From Dipteris shenzhenensis (Eukaryota), in assembly GCA_047967505.1 (NCBI GenBank), contig CM106538.1: a DNA stretch of 64,000 bases. One strand, written 5' to 3'. The notes below the pieces were generated by a model. That model saw only the letters and a program-made list of their open reading frames with translations, was not told the origin of the DNA and searched no databases. Both the position numbers and the translations under genes were made by a program. Shown piece by piece: positions 50,498 to 63,900 of this stretch (positions are counted from its first letter, which is position 1; the number at the start of each line of letters is the position of its first letter).

Positions 50498-51130
50498 GGC
50501 GCTACCTCCCAGCCGTGCACTCATGTGTGAGAAGCTTCAATGGCATGCTGTAAATAGTAGAGGATGGAGGCTGGATGCTAAGGAATCAGGGTTGCTGTAG
50601 CCAATGATGAATATGGGCTTCAGGGGCTTGCTCTTATATAGACACCAGTTGTAGTCGGTTAACCCCAATCGACCCAGTCCACCCAAAACGGCCGATTGGG
50701 GGTCGGAATAGGCCACTGACCACTCGATAGGACCGTGGTGCAGAATAGAGCAACTGAGCTATGGCCACCGTTCATGGCCCAGAGCCATCTGGGATCATCT
50801 GGGACTCCAAACGGGCCCTGCAACATGAGAGTGGGTTGCCTCGAGAAGTGCTCCATCTAGCCTCAGTACGGTCAGTCATGGGATGCCTTCCCACACTTGC
50901 ATGTAGCCTAGTTGGCTGTGTGCCAACTCTATTTGAAGCCATCCAGCCATCGGGACACACATGGCCCCCAGTTGGTGTCCAAAACAGGACCTACCGAATA
51001 ACCGAGCTACTCAAATGCCTTCTTCTCATATGGGGGGCTTACAAGTAGAGTTAGTTGGTTCCCTTATAGTTACACGAGAGTGGAGCATTGATATCTAACA
51101 CCCCCCCTCAATGTCCACCCGCAAGTGAAC

Positions 51131-54100
51131 TTACTTTTTTGGGCCAATGCCAAGTCGATGAAGATGCCTCTCCAGCAAGTCTCTTCCAAGAGCCTTTGTG
51201 AAGATGTCCGCAGCATTCTCTATAGTCAGACAGTACACCAAGTCGACCTCTCCATCCATGATGAGCTCACGTATAAAGTGATTGAATCTCAATGCGTTTT
51301 GTGTGAGCCTAGAACACAGAGTTCTTTGCAATTGCCATGCAACTCTGATTGTCACATTATAACTGCGTAGGCTTGTTTTGCATTGCACCCATGTCCCCTA
51401 AAATCCTCCTCAACCATACTGCCTCACAAGAAGCAAAACATGCTGATTTGTACTCAGCCTCGGTAGAAGAAAGAGCAATTGTAGGTTGCTTCTTGCTGAC
51501 CCATGACACAGCTCTAGATCCAAGTGAGAAATAGTAACCCATCATTGATCTCCTGCTATCCACGTCTCCTGCCCAATCGTGCCCAATCGGAGTCACAAAA
51601 TCTGGTCAAGTTGTTGCCCTTGGTATAGGTGATGCCATAATCAAGTGTGTCGCTGATGTATTTCAACACCCACATCCCTACCCTCTAATGGTTCTCCTGG
51701 GGCTTATTGGAAAACCTGCTTAGTATACCAGTCGCAAAGCTGATGTCCAGCCGCGTGTTACACAAGTAAATCAAACTGCCCACAAGCCTTCTATACTCCA
51801 CTTCGTCCACCAGTGGTGATGAATCCTCATTTGAGAGCTTCACGTCAACCTCCATGGGGGTGCCAACTGTTTTGCACTCAGCCATGCTAAATGCCTTTAG
51901 TATCTCTCCACAATACTTGAGCTGTGAAATGAAGATCTGTTTTGGCTCTTGCCAAACTTGAATCCCCAAACAGAAATGCATCAGTCCGAGGTCTATCATT
52001 TCAAACTCTCTTCCTAGCAAATGCTTTGTCTGTGAGATCTTCTCTTCATGGTTCCCTGTTATGACAAGGTCGTCCACATAAAGGACCATGATCATACACC
52101 TACCTCCTTCTCTATAGATATACAAATTTGCATCAGATGGGCTTCTCCTGAACCTGTTTTGCTATAAGTAGGCATCAATCCGCTGGTACCATGCTCGTGG
52201 GGCCTATTTTAGCTCGTAAAGTTCCTTCTTCAGTTTACAAACTTTACCTTTTGAATTGGGGATCACAAAACCTGGTGGTTGTTCCACATATACCTCTCCT
52301 TGAGATCTCCATTCAGAAATGCAAATTTTACATCCATATGAAACATGGGCCAACTTCCCTGTGCTGCTAAAGCCAAAACACTACGAATTGTGGTTAGTTG
52401 AGAGCTGTGGGAGCAAAGGTATCCTGATAATGAAAACCATGTACCTGTGTGAATCCTTTTGCCACGAGCTAAGTCTTGTACTTATCCAACGTGCCATCAG
52501 ACTTGTACTTGGTCTTGTACACCCACTTGGTGCCGATTACCTTGCATTTTGGTGGTCGATCCACAAGGTCCCAAGTGTTGTTCTTCATTATGGAGGCATA
52601 CTTCGATTGCATAGCCTCCATCCACCTATCATCACACAGTGCTTCTTCAAGACACTTGGGTTCTTCAGCACTGATCACCTCTATCATTAAAGCATAGGTG
52701 ACCAAGTGTTCCTGCGCCCTTCTTTGCTCCTCTAATCTCTTGGACCGGCGGATGGTTCCTCCTCAATGGCTGGAGGTTCTCTGCTCCAAAAGTTGCCGTT
52801 GTGGTTCTATAGGCTCTTCTTCCTCTTCTTTATCTTGAATCCTCCCAAGCACTGTTGGGGGAGCTCGGTCTGCTGTTGGCAGTTGTACTGGATGGATATC
52901 ATGGTCCTGGTTGTCTGGGAAGGAAGCATCCTCCTCCAATTGATGCGGATGTTCTGAGAAGACCACATTGCCACTTACTATTACCTTCTTGGTAACAGGA
53001 TTATAGAGACAGTAACCCTTTGCCTCTTCACTGTAGCCCAAGAAAATACATTTTTGGCTCTTCGGTTCCCATGTGGTCCTGTTAGCATCAGGGACATGCA
53101 CAAAATAGTCACAACCAAAGACTCTGAAATGTGCAACTGAAGGTTTCTTACCAGAAAAGGCCTGCAGTGGAGTCATCCCATTCACAGCCTTCATCTAGCT
53201 ATGATTTAGAATGTAAACTGCCGTGTTACATGCTTCAGCCCAGAAAGTCTTTGGCAAATCTTTCCCTTTCATCATACTCCTGCCCATTTCGCAGATGACG
53301 TGCATCTTGCGCTCTGCTACTCCATTTTGCAGTGGTGTATATGGCGGGGGTTTCTGCCTCTTGATCCCGTGACTTTTGCAGTAACTTTTGAATTCACTTG
53401 ATGTGAACTCACCACCTCTATCTGATCTCAACTTCTTCACCTTCCTCCCCATTTCTTTTGCGACCATTACATGCCATTCTTTGAACTTACTAAGAGCCTC
53501 ATCTTTAGTCCTCAGGAAGTATATCCACATCCTTCTACTGTAGTTGTCGATCAGCATCATGAAGTAGTAGGAACCACCCAAAGCTTCCGTCTCCATCTTT
53601 CCATAGAGGTCCGTGTGAACGAGCTCTAGAGGAGCCTTTGCCCTGCTGGCCTCTTTAGGAAAGGGCTGCCAATGCTGCTTGCCCATCATGCAAGCTTCAC
53701 ATACATTGGGCAGATCTGTAATTTCTAGTAGGTCTGCAATCATTCCACTTTTATGCATCTCCTTTAAAGAACTAAGGTTTAGATGACCAAACCTCTCATG
53801 CCACAGCTTAGTGATGCTCACATCAGCTCGAGCACTGAAAGCTGAGAGTTCGTAGATGTTGTTGCACCGTGTACCTTTACCAATGACCTTCCCTTGAAGA
53901 TCTAAAATATGTGCACCATTCTTATCGAATTGAACTTTGAGGTCCCGATCCGTGATCACAGAAATGGACAACAAGTTCCTCTTGATATCTGGCACATAAA
54001 GAACATCGGACAACTGTTTTTTACAACTCCATCTGACTTGAGAGCAATCGTACCTTTTCCTTTTGCTGGACATTTTGCATCATTGCCGACTACTACTAGG

Positions 54101-55101
54101 ATGTGATTCCCTACCGGATGTAGAGAGGTATACCAATCCTTTTGACTGGTCATGTGGCGCGATGCACCACTTTCTATAATCCAAGGTTCATCTACAGGTA
54201 CATGAACTGCCTCCATGCAAATCTCCTCAATATCTACGAACAACTCTATTGGTACCTTGTGCGTGCTATTGTTGGACTCTTTCTTTACTCCGTTCTTCTC
54301 ATCTGCAATCTTCTTCCGGCACTCATTCTGCTTGTGCCCTGCCTTGTTGCAATAGAAGCAATTGATCTTCTTCTTTCTCTTTTTATCATCAGAAGAAGAT
54401 GGGTTACCAGAGTCCTTACCCTTACCTTTCTTTGATCGAGCCGAGAAAGTCGAATCTTCTCCAGTCCTCATCTTTTGGTCAATGCATCTCCTCCAAAAGC
54501 ATTGTGCTGAAATCCTCAAAGTTGGGCAGATTTCTGTTCTATGTATTCAGTGCCATAACAAGACCGTCGTACTTTGGTGGGAGAATCCGTATGCACCTTC
54601 GTGCTAGATTCTCACTAGTGATGGTGATGCCAATTGCAGTCATCTAATCGTGCAGATTCTTCACCCTAGTGATGAATTTCTCTGCCATTTCAGACTCAGA
54701 CAGTTTCTCGTTCGCGAGTTGAGTCTCTAGATTTTGAATCCGCGTCTAATTCGTGGTCTCGTACTAATTTTTCAAGACCGTCCATGCCTCCTCCGTTGTG
54801 GTGACATGTTGAATTAACGCCATGATAGAATCACTTACACTGCAGACAATAGAACATAGTGCATCTGCATTTCTTCTTGTCCATGCGAGAATCTCATCCG
54901 CAATGGTACTATCTATTGTGCTGCATTGGCCGGATTCGTCGATCTTGAAACCGGCTTCACATCCACCCTAGTAGCAGTATCCCAAAGCTTGTATGCGCTT
55001 AGGATGATCTTCATATTGAACTTCCAAAGTGGATACTTAATGCCGTCCAACTTTTCGCTTTCGCCGAACGGTGGGATGCGCAGTCTTGCAGGCTGTGCCA
55101 T
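51131..55101 (-). pseudogene. copia 4 gag-pol, fragmented
   Basis: KLDGIKYPLWKF, CFYCNKAGHKQNEC, WIIESGASRHMT, LRSDRGGEF / QNGVAERK, LYVDDL, ADIFTKAL. Confidence 0.94.
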
Positions 55102-55604
55102 CTCTCACAATCTGCTCACAAATAGAAACACACTACCAAATCTTCTTGCTAGAGCCCAAGCTTTGATACCATGTAAGAAAACAATACAACGTCTATGCTC
55201 AATAGATAACAGGATGTCGTATGCAAGAGAGAAAAGCTGCTAGTATGGAGAATCAAAAGTTTGATTACTATAAACTTGATACAATAGATGGCGTTGCCTC
55301 CCAGCTGTGTGCTCCTGTGTGAGAATCTTCGATGGCATGCTGGAAATAGTAGAGGATGGAGGCTGGATGCTAAGGAATCAGGGTTTCTGTAGCCAGTGAT
55401 GAATATGGGCTTCACAGGCTTACTCTTATATAGCCACCAGTTTTAGACGGTTAGACCCAATTGGGAGACTGACCCAGTCTGCCCAAAATGGCCGATTGGG
55501 GGTCGGTCCCGAAATAGGCCACTGAGCACTCAATAGAACTGTGGCACAAAATAGAGCAATTGACCTATTGTTGCCATTCGGCCCAGAGCCATTCGGGATA
55601 TCCA

Positions 55605-57316
55605 TTGAGTATGGTCAATAACGATGATATAAGAGCTACTGGAATTGCATTGCTAACTATGGGCCGGGCTTTAAGCCACCTTCTTACCACACATTGTGCA
55701 CGTCATTGTTAGATAAGCCATATGCAAAAGAGAAAGAGCACATAAATCATAGCATTTTCGAGCAACTGCACAACACCGGATGCACAATTGTCTCAGACGA
55801 GTGGACAAGCATAAAATGCCATGCTTTATTGAATGTGATGGTTATATCACCACGTGGGGAGGCCTTCCACACATCGATTGATGCCTCACGTGTAAAGAAG
55901 TCAGGGACATATGGCTGGTGTGTTATCCAAGGTTATAAGAGAATTAGGCCTTGAAAAGGTTGTTCAGGTTGTCATGGATAATGCTAAGAATTGTAAAAAG
56001 GTGGGAAGAATATTGCAAAGGGAGTATAACAATTTATATGCATTGGCGTATTGTACACATACTTTAAATCTTGCATTGAAAGATTGGTACAAACAAGTGC
56101 CATGGCTCAAAGAGATTGTTTGTGAGGCTCAAGACATCGTCAAGTTAGTATGATCGAAGCAACGTCTCGAAGCAATCTTTATGTCTCTTGATGGTTCTAC
56201 CATGTTGCAATTGCCAACAACCATGAGATTTGCCACGTACTTCTACACTTTGCAATCTCTAGTGAAAAATAGGAGTTTTCTTATAGAGACTTTTCATTGT
56301 GATGCATTTGAACGATGGATGTCAGAGTTGACCAGATAGGGCAACAAAGGAGAAAATGCATGACCTGAAAGAAACATTGGGATCCCCTACATTATGGAAA
56401 CGGTTTGAGGATGCCGCTAATGCTATGAAACTTGTTTTATATGCGCTTAGGGCATTGGACTCAAAGTCTCCAGCAATCGGAAATACATGGATGCACTTTT
56501 GGAGTATTGAGCAAGCTCTTATTGCGAGGAACCCCCCTGCTCGTCCAGGCCAGAAGAATGACATAAGACCATTTAATGCTACAAAAAGCAAGGAATTATG
56601 GCAATTTTTAGGACACAATGGGAGCAAGCTCATAATCCATTGCATAGTGTTGGATACCTTTTAGACCCCGAGTGGTGGAATATGAAGCCCGAAGAGATCC
56701 CAATTGTTATGCATGACTTCCATAAGGTGGTGCAACATGATTATCCCCACAACCATGAGTTTGCAAAGTGTTGAAATGAGTTAGCCAAGTATTAACGCAA
56801 GGAGGGGTTGTTTGCATCGAGTGATGTTCAAGCATTGGTAGAAATTGCATCTGCTTGGAAATGGTGGATGATGAATGGTGGCACATGTGAGCTTCTACGC
56901 CCGATTGCCATGAGGGTTCTTTCTCAAACATGCTCAAACTCGGGCTCAGAAAGAAACTGGAGCCATTACAAGTACATTCATAGTACTTTACAAAATAGAC
57001 TTTTGGAGGATTAAGTTAGTATACATAATGCCAATCATAAAATCCTAGAAACATTAGGAGATGTCGGATATGAGGAGAAAGTTCCAAAATGGACCTACAA
57101 TATCCCGCCAGATGCTATACAACCTAAAGCAGTCCCATCATTGCAAATTCTAGAACCCCAAGAAGAGGATGAAACTGGGACTAATGGTGCAACATCCGAG
57201 GAAGATAGCGATGAGGAGGATGAATCTGATGAAGATGAAGGAAATAATATTCACCTGCCACATGGGTCTGAAGATGAGGACATTGATGATGAACATGATG
57301 AGGATAGTGACTCCTG
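55605..57316 (+). pseudogene. hAT-superfamily transposase (DUF659-type core plus C-terminal dimerisation domain), decayed, 5'-truncated
   Basis: GCTIVSDEWTS..LLNVMV, VVQVVMDNAKNC, CTHTLNLALKD, RFAT.F, WW..GG..ELLRPIAMRVLSQTCSNSGSERNWS..IHS..QNRL, and an acidic tail. Confidence 0.92.
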
Positions 57317-57399
57317 AATTGTGGCAATGATGGCAATAGGGTTTTAAATGTCTCATTGTATTCTGAATGTGTTCTTGTTTTATGATTGCAGGTTGTGGT

Positions 57400-57932
57400 T
57401 TAGGGTTGGATAAGACTTGTCTTATTGTGCATTGTAAATATCTTGTGCTAAGGGTTTGGGCTTTCATTCTTCCTTGTCACCATCGCATAGGCTTCTGGGT
57501 TGTAATGCCAATTGTTGTGCTCTTGACCAAGTTCAATTGATCAAGAGCATAGCAACTGGCATACCACTCTGTCTCATATGCAATAGAATCACATGAGGAA
57601 GAAGCATGTGCAAAGTTTAATTTCTTGTCTTTGGTAACATTTATTTTCAATGACTTTAAAGATAAGTTTTAATTGAGAGAGAGAGAGAGTGAGACATGAC
57701 TTTAGGATTGCTCTCGGATTGCTATAAGAATTGTCTTGTGTTTAGGGTTTGGGATTTCCTTCTTTCATGTCGCCATCGCATAGGCTTCTGGGTGGTTATG
57801 CCAATTGTTGTGCCTTGACCGAGTTCAATTGATCAAGAGCATGGCAACTGGCATACCACTCTATCTCATATGCAATAGAATCCTGTGCGAGGACATGTAG
57901 AGGAAGCATGTGCAAAGTTTAATTTCTTGTGC
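57400..57932. repeat. Tandem duplication, ~295-bp period x2
   Basis: agggtttggg...catcgcataggcttctggg...gttcaattgatcaagagcat...gaagcatgtgcaaagtttaatttcttgt at ~57450-57628 and ~57744-57930. Confidence 0.9.
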
Positions 57933-57942
57933 AAAGTTTAAT

Positions 57943-58058
<116 letters not shown>

Positions 58059-58425
58059 TGATGAAAGTGCATATAATCATATTTCAATGGCAAATAGAAA
58101 ATGCTTTTAAAGTTTACTTTAATAGTTTATATTTATTAAAGTTTAAAGTTTACTTTATATAATATTGCATAGTGTTTACATTCCAAATTCCAATTGATGT
58201 GCAACCATAGCCTTCCTTAAATTAGTTATCATCAAATAACCATAGCCTTCCTTTATGCAATTAAATTATTTGTTTTCAATTAACCATATCTTTCCTTAAA
58301 TTATTTATTGTGAAATAATATATTGACACTATTCCAATTGATGACGTGTTAGGGTTGCATGTGATGGATTTTTTGATTGCATAGTGCAAAATAATTATGA
58401 ACATTGGATGCATTTAAATTAATAA

Positions 58426-59199
58426 CTAAGCAGTTAAATCTATGAATCCCACCACATCATATAGTACACCATCATATAGCTTCAATGAACTTAAAAGAAA
58501 GGCATATATTTTCATAATAAAGATTTTGTATACATGGTCATGAACTTCATTCAATGTCATGGTCATGGTTTCAACTAAGCCCAACACCATGTACAATGCC
58601 ATTGATAGTTGGGCTTTACAAAGTGGACAAATTGACCTAGTTGGCAAGTAATCTACTAGACAATATAGATTAAATTTGTGGCCGCAAGGCAAAGAGTAAT
58701 AGCCAGTACAATTATCAAACAAGCATTGGCATATTGGGCACAAGCAATTGTCTTGGCTATAGGAGGGAAGGGATTCCATGGCATATGGTTGTGATGATGG
58801 ATGGTGACAAATAGCTAACCATGCCTCCATGCTTGCATCTCCTATTAGTGTTGCATGTGCTTCGTGGGCCTCTTGCTGCAACCATGTGTTGAGGTCCTCC
58901 AAGCTCTTCAATTGGGCACGTAGAACAATATTCTCATTTTGCAACTCTAGCTCGGTGGTTCGCGGTCTTTCAGTCTCTAGGCGTTGGACCTGCTCAAACC
59001 GGGCCACGTTCTCTTTGCAAAGCTGTGCCACTTGTTGCTCAAGTGGGCCACGCGCACCCTCCAATGCCGTACATAATTGGGATTGGGTGATCGTCACTTC
59101 TATACGACCATGCATACGCTTGTCCTTGTATGAGGAGAAGTCCACGTGTATACCCTTAATGAAGTGCATGTACAAGAATTTGGCAAAATACATCGCCAC
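58426..59199 (-). CDS. Coiled-coil plus C-terminal RING-finger protein (possibly pseudogenised; probably extends upstream to ~59457)
   Basis: 257-aa ORF; heptad-like LEQQVAQL..LRAQLKSLEDLN; CPIC-x-LPCGHKFNLYC-x-CPLC RING-H2-like motif with Asn at the second His position. Confidence 0.7.
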   Translation of the reverse strand: MAMYFAKFLYMHFIKGIHVDFSSYKDKRMHGRIEVTITQSQLCTALEGARGPLEQQVAQLCKENVARFEQVQRLETERPRTTELELQNENIVLRAQLKSLEDLNTWLQQEAHEAHATLIGDASMEAWLAICHHPSSQPYAMESLPSYSQDNCLCPICQCLFDNCTGYYSLPCGHKFNLYCLVDYLPTRSICPLCKAQLSMALYMVLGLVETMTMTLNEVHDHVYKIFIMKIYAFLLSSLKLYDGVLYDVVGFIDLTA

Positions 59200-60122
59200 T
59201 TCATTATGGTGTGGGGGCTTTCCATATACCTCGATGTAGATATCCCTAGCATTTTATAGAATCTGTTCATCTCGGAAATTGCTTATCTTCCACCTCCCGT
59301 GCTGGTCTAAAGCTTGGGTTTGGGTGCTTTCATCTCCCTCTGTTCTTTTGCATCTCCTCGTCTGACTGCCTGAGCTTGCCTCTTCATCTGCCTCTAAGGG
59401 CCAGATTGCTTGGAGCTCTTGTTTGGAGACCAGCTTGTGTACTTCTTTCTATTGCATGGCTGCAAAACCAATGCCCATGGTGTCAATTGCTATTTAGATA
59501 CTTATTGGCAATATCTTTAAACAAAAATTGAATTATTAAACATACAGATCTCCAAGTTGAGCGTACACAGATGTACATGCAATAGTCTGTGGTACATGCT
59601 TACATGCTCGAGCACTGCATTGGCAACCATGTGTAGTCGCTCGAACTGTAACCATTGATGCTCGGCATGTCATGCCTCCTCTTCAGCCTCCTCTTGTGTC
59701 AATGGGCGCTTGCTTGCTCTTCTGGAGACTTCCTCCTCCCTGTGTAGAGGAGGAGTATCCTCTCCTTGTCACATTTTCCAAAAGTGCAGTGCGGATACTG
59801 TAGTTTAGATAACTCAGTATAGATAAATGCCATGAGTGTAGTATGCAAAGTCTGCATGCATCAAAATCAATATTTGTGAGTTCATCTTGTGTGAGATAGG
59901 ACACAATACGTACAATATGCTTGATGAAGGATGAAGATATGTACATGTTGCAATCTTGAATGAATTCTTTCAAATGTTGCAATGTTTACAAAATATAAAA
60001 GGCTATAATCCACAACATAAATGGCATCTTTTTTGACTTATAAATGCTTTCAAGGCCAATAATAACAAGAAGTTTGACAGACATATGGTGTCTCAAAAAT
60101 ATTACAAGGCAAAAAATGTGGC

Positions 60123-61785
60123 TTATGTTGCAAGCCTAAGGGCAAGAGACATATCTTCCATAGGCCTCATAGCCAATTCTCCCTCACATTCCACTCTCTT
60201 TAACAAATCATTGGTCTCTGCAGGCAGATTTCTGTGATCGGCAATGTGATGCATCATTTGTTCATGCGCATGACATTTAATGGCATTAACAACATGAGAG
60301 GGAGGCATTTTTCGATCATTCTGAAGGTAACCCCAGGCATCTTCAAAAAATTGAATCATCTCAACAATGATCCATCCCAATGCATAGGTATCTGCATGGC
60401 ATGTATATCTCCCTCTTAAGGCTACTTCTTGTAGCTTTTTTTCACCCATGCTCTTCCTCTTTCTAGTGAACTCTCTCAGCAAAGTTGGCATCTATCTCCA
60501 AAGACTGCTTCTTCATATGCTTGAATGCCTTTCAGCTCTCCGAGAAGTCCATGGTCATCCCCCAATCTATGATGCCCACTCGGCATCTAGACTTTCCAAC
60601 AAAATACAATAAGATGTTGCCTGGGTGCAAGTCTATGTGCATCCACCTTCCTGCGTGCAGCCTTGCCAAACCATCCACAAGTGCATGGATGATATGGAGG
60701 AGATTCTCACAAAAGACAGTGATTCGAGCAATATCTTCCTTCTCCAATGTAGATGGTACTTCCCCACTTGCTATGGCCATCAGATCCGCTCCTCCTCTTA
60801 GAACATGGTGGAAGTAGCATGTGAACCTGCCCTGGTCCATCATTGGCAAAATTTGAAGAAACTACAACAAGTTACCGCCATTAAAGTAAGGTGTGATGGT
60901 CCACAGTGACTCTTCTCGGGTTGCTGCAATCACATGCACAAGGACTGGGTGGGGGTGTAAAATCTACATGAGTTGTTCTCTCCTTGCTTCTCATGTACCC
61001 GTCCCAATATTGCCCTTGTACTTCTTTCTAGCATATTCCACGTCATATGGCAACCCTGCAGCTCCTACCAAACTGCACTTTAAAAACAGTGCCATAGGAT
61101 CCTGAGCCGATTTTCTCGCCTACATGGATCTCCCTCTCTATGACATAGGCCAAGAATGACACTATGTCTATGTTACTAGCCAAGTGTTGTGCACTTTGAA
61201 CCTCATCACCTCTCAATGGTTGAGAGGTTTTAGAGGTTAGCTGCTCTTCTCCTATAGCCAAGGATGTAGCTCGCCCATAAGTTGCTGCAGCCTTCTTTTC
61301 CCAGATCTTAGCCACTATGACATGGCGATCTGATGCAACGGCCTTACTCTTGTGCTTGGCCCATAGACTCGTCCATTGTGTCAATTTGAAGACATCAAAC
61401 TCTTGTGCAAGAGTAGGGTCTACATTGCATGCCTCGTTGAAGCGGGTCTTTGCATTCCCAATAAAGCTATCAGCCCAAAGCATGGCATCTATCTCCCACT
61501 GCACCCAGCTCCCAAGGTCATCCTGACCTCAGACTGCAAACTGGTCTTAGCATCACCAAGAATCCTCCTCTTCATAGTGCTAACTCCCTCTAAACTAGAT
61601 ATGGTTGATTCCATCTCTCTCCCCTCCATGTTGCACACCCTAATAAAAAAGGCATCCTGAATGCTCTTCATCACTCTCTTGCGCTCGCCCTTACTTAGCT
61701 CTTCCCCTACTTTTCGTTTAGTGCCGACGGTTGAGGCCATGCTTGCGATTAGATCTTGCTGTGTGTCTGCGGAAAGATTTCTCAC
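60123..61785 (-). pseudogene. Intronless protein kinase, decayed
   Basis: KIGSGSYGTVFK glycine loop, EYARKKY (Lys), REQLM, HPVLVHVIA, TPYFNGGNL, HIDLHPGNIL catalytic loop, IIDWG, ADTYALG; several frameshifts and stops. Confidence 0.85.
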
Positions 61786-61857
61786 ATGACACTAGCAAAT
61801 AGCTACAGTTGCCACACAATAGTGAGCAGGCAGGCATCTAACAATAACCCCCACCCT

Positions 61858-62070
61858 ATGCATGCATGAAATGCAAATGCAGATGATTTCAATGCACTCA
61901 TGCAAATGATTTCAATGCAAATTTTTTAATTACATGAAATGCAATGTGCACGCATGCAAGATAATTGCGTTAAAAAATTGCTTTTAATGCATGCATGCAA
62001 GATAATTTCGTTTAAAAAATCATTTCAATGCATGCATGCAAGAAATGCAAGATAATTTCGTAAAAATTTT
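61858..62070. repeat. AT-rich degenerate tandem repeats (atgcatgcaagataatt.cgt.aaaa)
   Basis: Three ~36-bp units at ~61950-62068, preceded by shorter atgcaaatgatttcaatgca units. Confidence 0.8.
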
Positions 62071-62263
62071 GAAAAACTCCCCCCCCCTCCCCCCCTTTAA
62101 GTGGAGGACCAAGGAAACCTAGTACCAGGTTGTGGTCCCAACTAGCCCCCCCATCCTATTCAGGATGCAAGACCAAGAACCACTTCCTTGACCAGGCTCC
62201 TTGGCCAAGAGATGGAGAGAGGAGGATTTTTACCTCTCCTCGGTGCACTGTTAGTGGACAATC

Positions 62264-62540
62264 ACACCGGCGGTTAGCATATATCTTCGGGTGCGATAGT
62301 ACTACCGCCGGTAGTTGAAATATAACTGTCGGTAGAAGTTCTACCACCGACAGTAAAAGTATGGATACCGCCGGTTGTACTAGTGCTACCATCAATTATA
62401 CTTCAACTACCGGCGGTAATAAAAGTACCGCCAATATGGCCACAATTACCACTAGTAATAATGTGTCATTTTACTGGCGGTATTATTACCACTACCGCTG
62501 GTAGCTAGATACCACTGGTAGTATTACTGTTACCACCGAT
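62264..62540. repeat. Foldback cluster of TACCGCCGGTA-type motifs
   Basis: 28-bp inverted repeat 62301-62328 vs 62393-62420 (3 mismatches), plus many additional taccgc / gcggta copies. Confidence 0.8.
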
Positions 62541-62759
62541 ATGTATCTGGTTTTCAGGTCAAGGCCACCTAATAGCGCAAAGCCGTGATTGGAAATCGTG
62601 AATGCATGAAATACGTCATTACGACATGTAATCACAAGAAAATTCACGTGATTACGTGAATATGAAATCCTTGGAATAGATGAAAGGCTAAGGAAAGGTA
62701 AAGACAAATAACATGTGAGAAAATAGATTCTTAAAAGATGCCCTTGGGTTCCAACTAGC

Positions 62760-63900
62760 ATAAGAGACCAATGAACAATTCTCGAAGCTTCAAGAGGGGA
62801 AGCCTAAGGCTACCAAGATCGCTTGGTAGTAGGTGACTAGAAATTGTGACTCCCATGTCTTAGAGAAAACATGGATTGAGCTATGAAAGTGGGTACATGC
62901 CTTTTGAGCCACATAAAGTAGCTAAGGTGTCCTTATTAGAATAGTTGTAGGACAATTGCCGATGGTATGTCCAAATGCAAAGTCACAGGTTTCATTAATG
63001 AAGTATGTGGATGGCAAAAGGTAACTCCCTCATGAAGTTTTTACTTCTGGGACAAGGTTAAGGAGGATCTATTGGCCATGACCAATGATGCCTAGCAAAA
63101 TGCCCAGCAAAGAGGTGGCTTGCCCTTTTACACCATAAAAGATGTTTCTAAAACAAAAAAAAGACTTTGCTTGGAGATTGGACCCTCCTTGGTACCACAT
63201 AATTGCAAAGGTTGTGGCATTGAGAGTTGAATTCAATCTTCCAAACTTGTTTAAGGGGTAGCATCATGGATTTATGTACAAAAGGAACTTTTTTGGTGTA
63301 CTTATACCAAAATCTAGATGTTGAGTGAAGGCAGTTTACGATAGGGACTAATGGAAGTTCATATGGCATGTCTTGTGTAGAATGGGGCTTGGACAACACT
63401 TAAAAATGTGGTGAGCAGTGTTTTTTGCTTGTCACAAAATATGGGAAATGATCTGCCATGTAGGGGAGACCAATGTAAATGTGTAGATGCATATGCTAGC
63501 ATTTTACACAAGCATGCAAGATTTGAAAAGTTTCATACGTACTAATTGGGTACTTACTAATTGGGTGAACAATTTCCCAATGCTTCCTCTCCTTTAGAAA
63601 GGAAAGGACAGAAGGCATTCCCCCATGATGCACGATGCCTTAGGTTGCAAATATGGAAAGATATAGGTTTTTACTCATCACTTTTGAAATTATTCAAGTT
63701 GGAGCTTTGTAGTATTGTTTTTGTATTTCATCGAAAGAGTCCATATTGATGCAATGGATTGTAGTTCATCAACACATCTCTTGAAACTTTCAGGTCACCC
63801 TACTCAACATAAACACCACATCTTGACATTACAAATAAGAGGGTGCATATATAGACATTATTATGTTGCAGTGTATGTAATCAACATCTTCAATAACTTA
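62760..63900 (+). mobile_element. Possible highly decayed LINE RT relic
   Basis: Faint collinear remnants resembling the D..K.YD, QG..L.P, LL.DD and YL motifs; heavily mutated. Confidence 0.3.

Larger units (their letters stand above)
44801..55600 (-). mobile_element. Ty1/copia LTR retrotransposon 4 (host of copia 3); 5' LTR truncated
   Basis: 3' LTR is 44801-44923 plus 50503-51100 (~720 bp), with PPT ccccccctc at 51101. PBS gctttgatacca ends at 55171. The 5' LTR from 55172 matches only to ~55600. Confidence 0.92.

Noticed and set aside
59683-59982. 99-aa ORF between the kinase and RING genes
   Set aside because: No recognisable motif; cannot be distinguished from a chance ORF, though it is worth rechecking in other copies.
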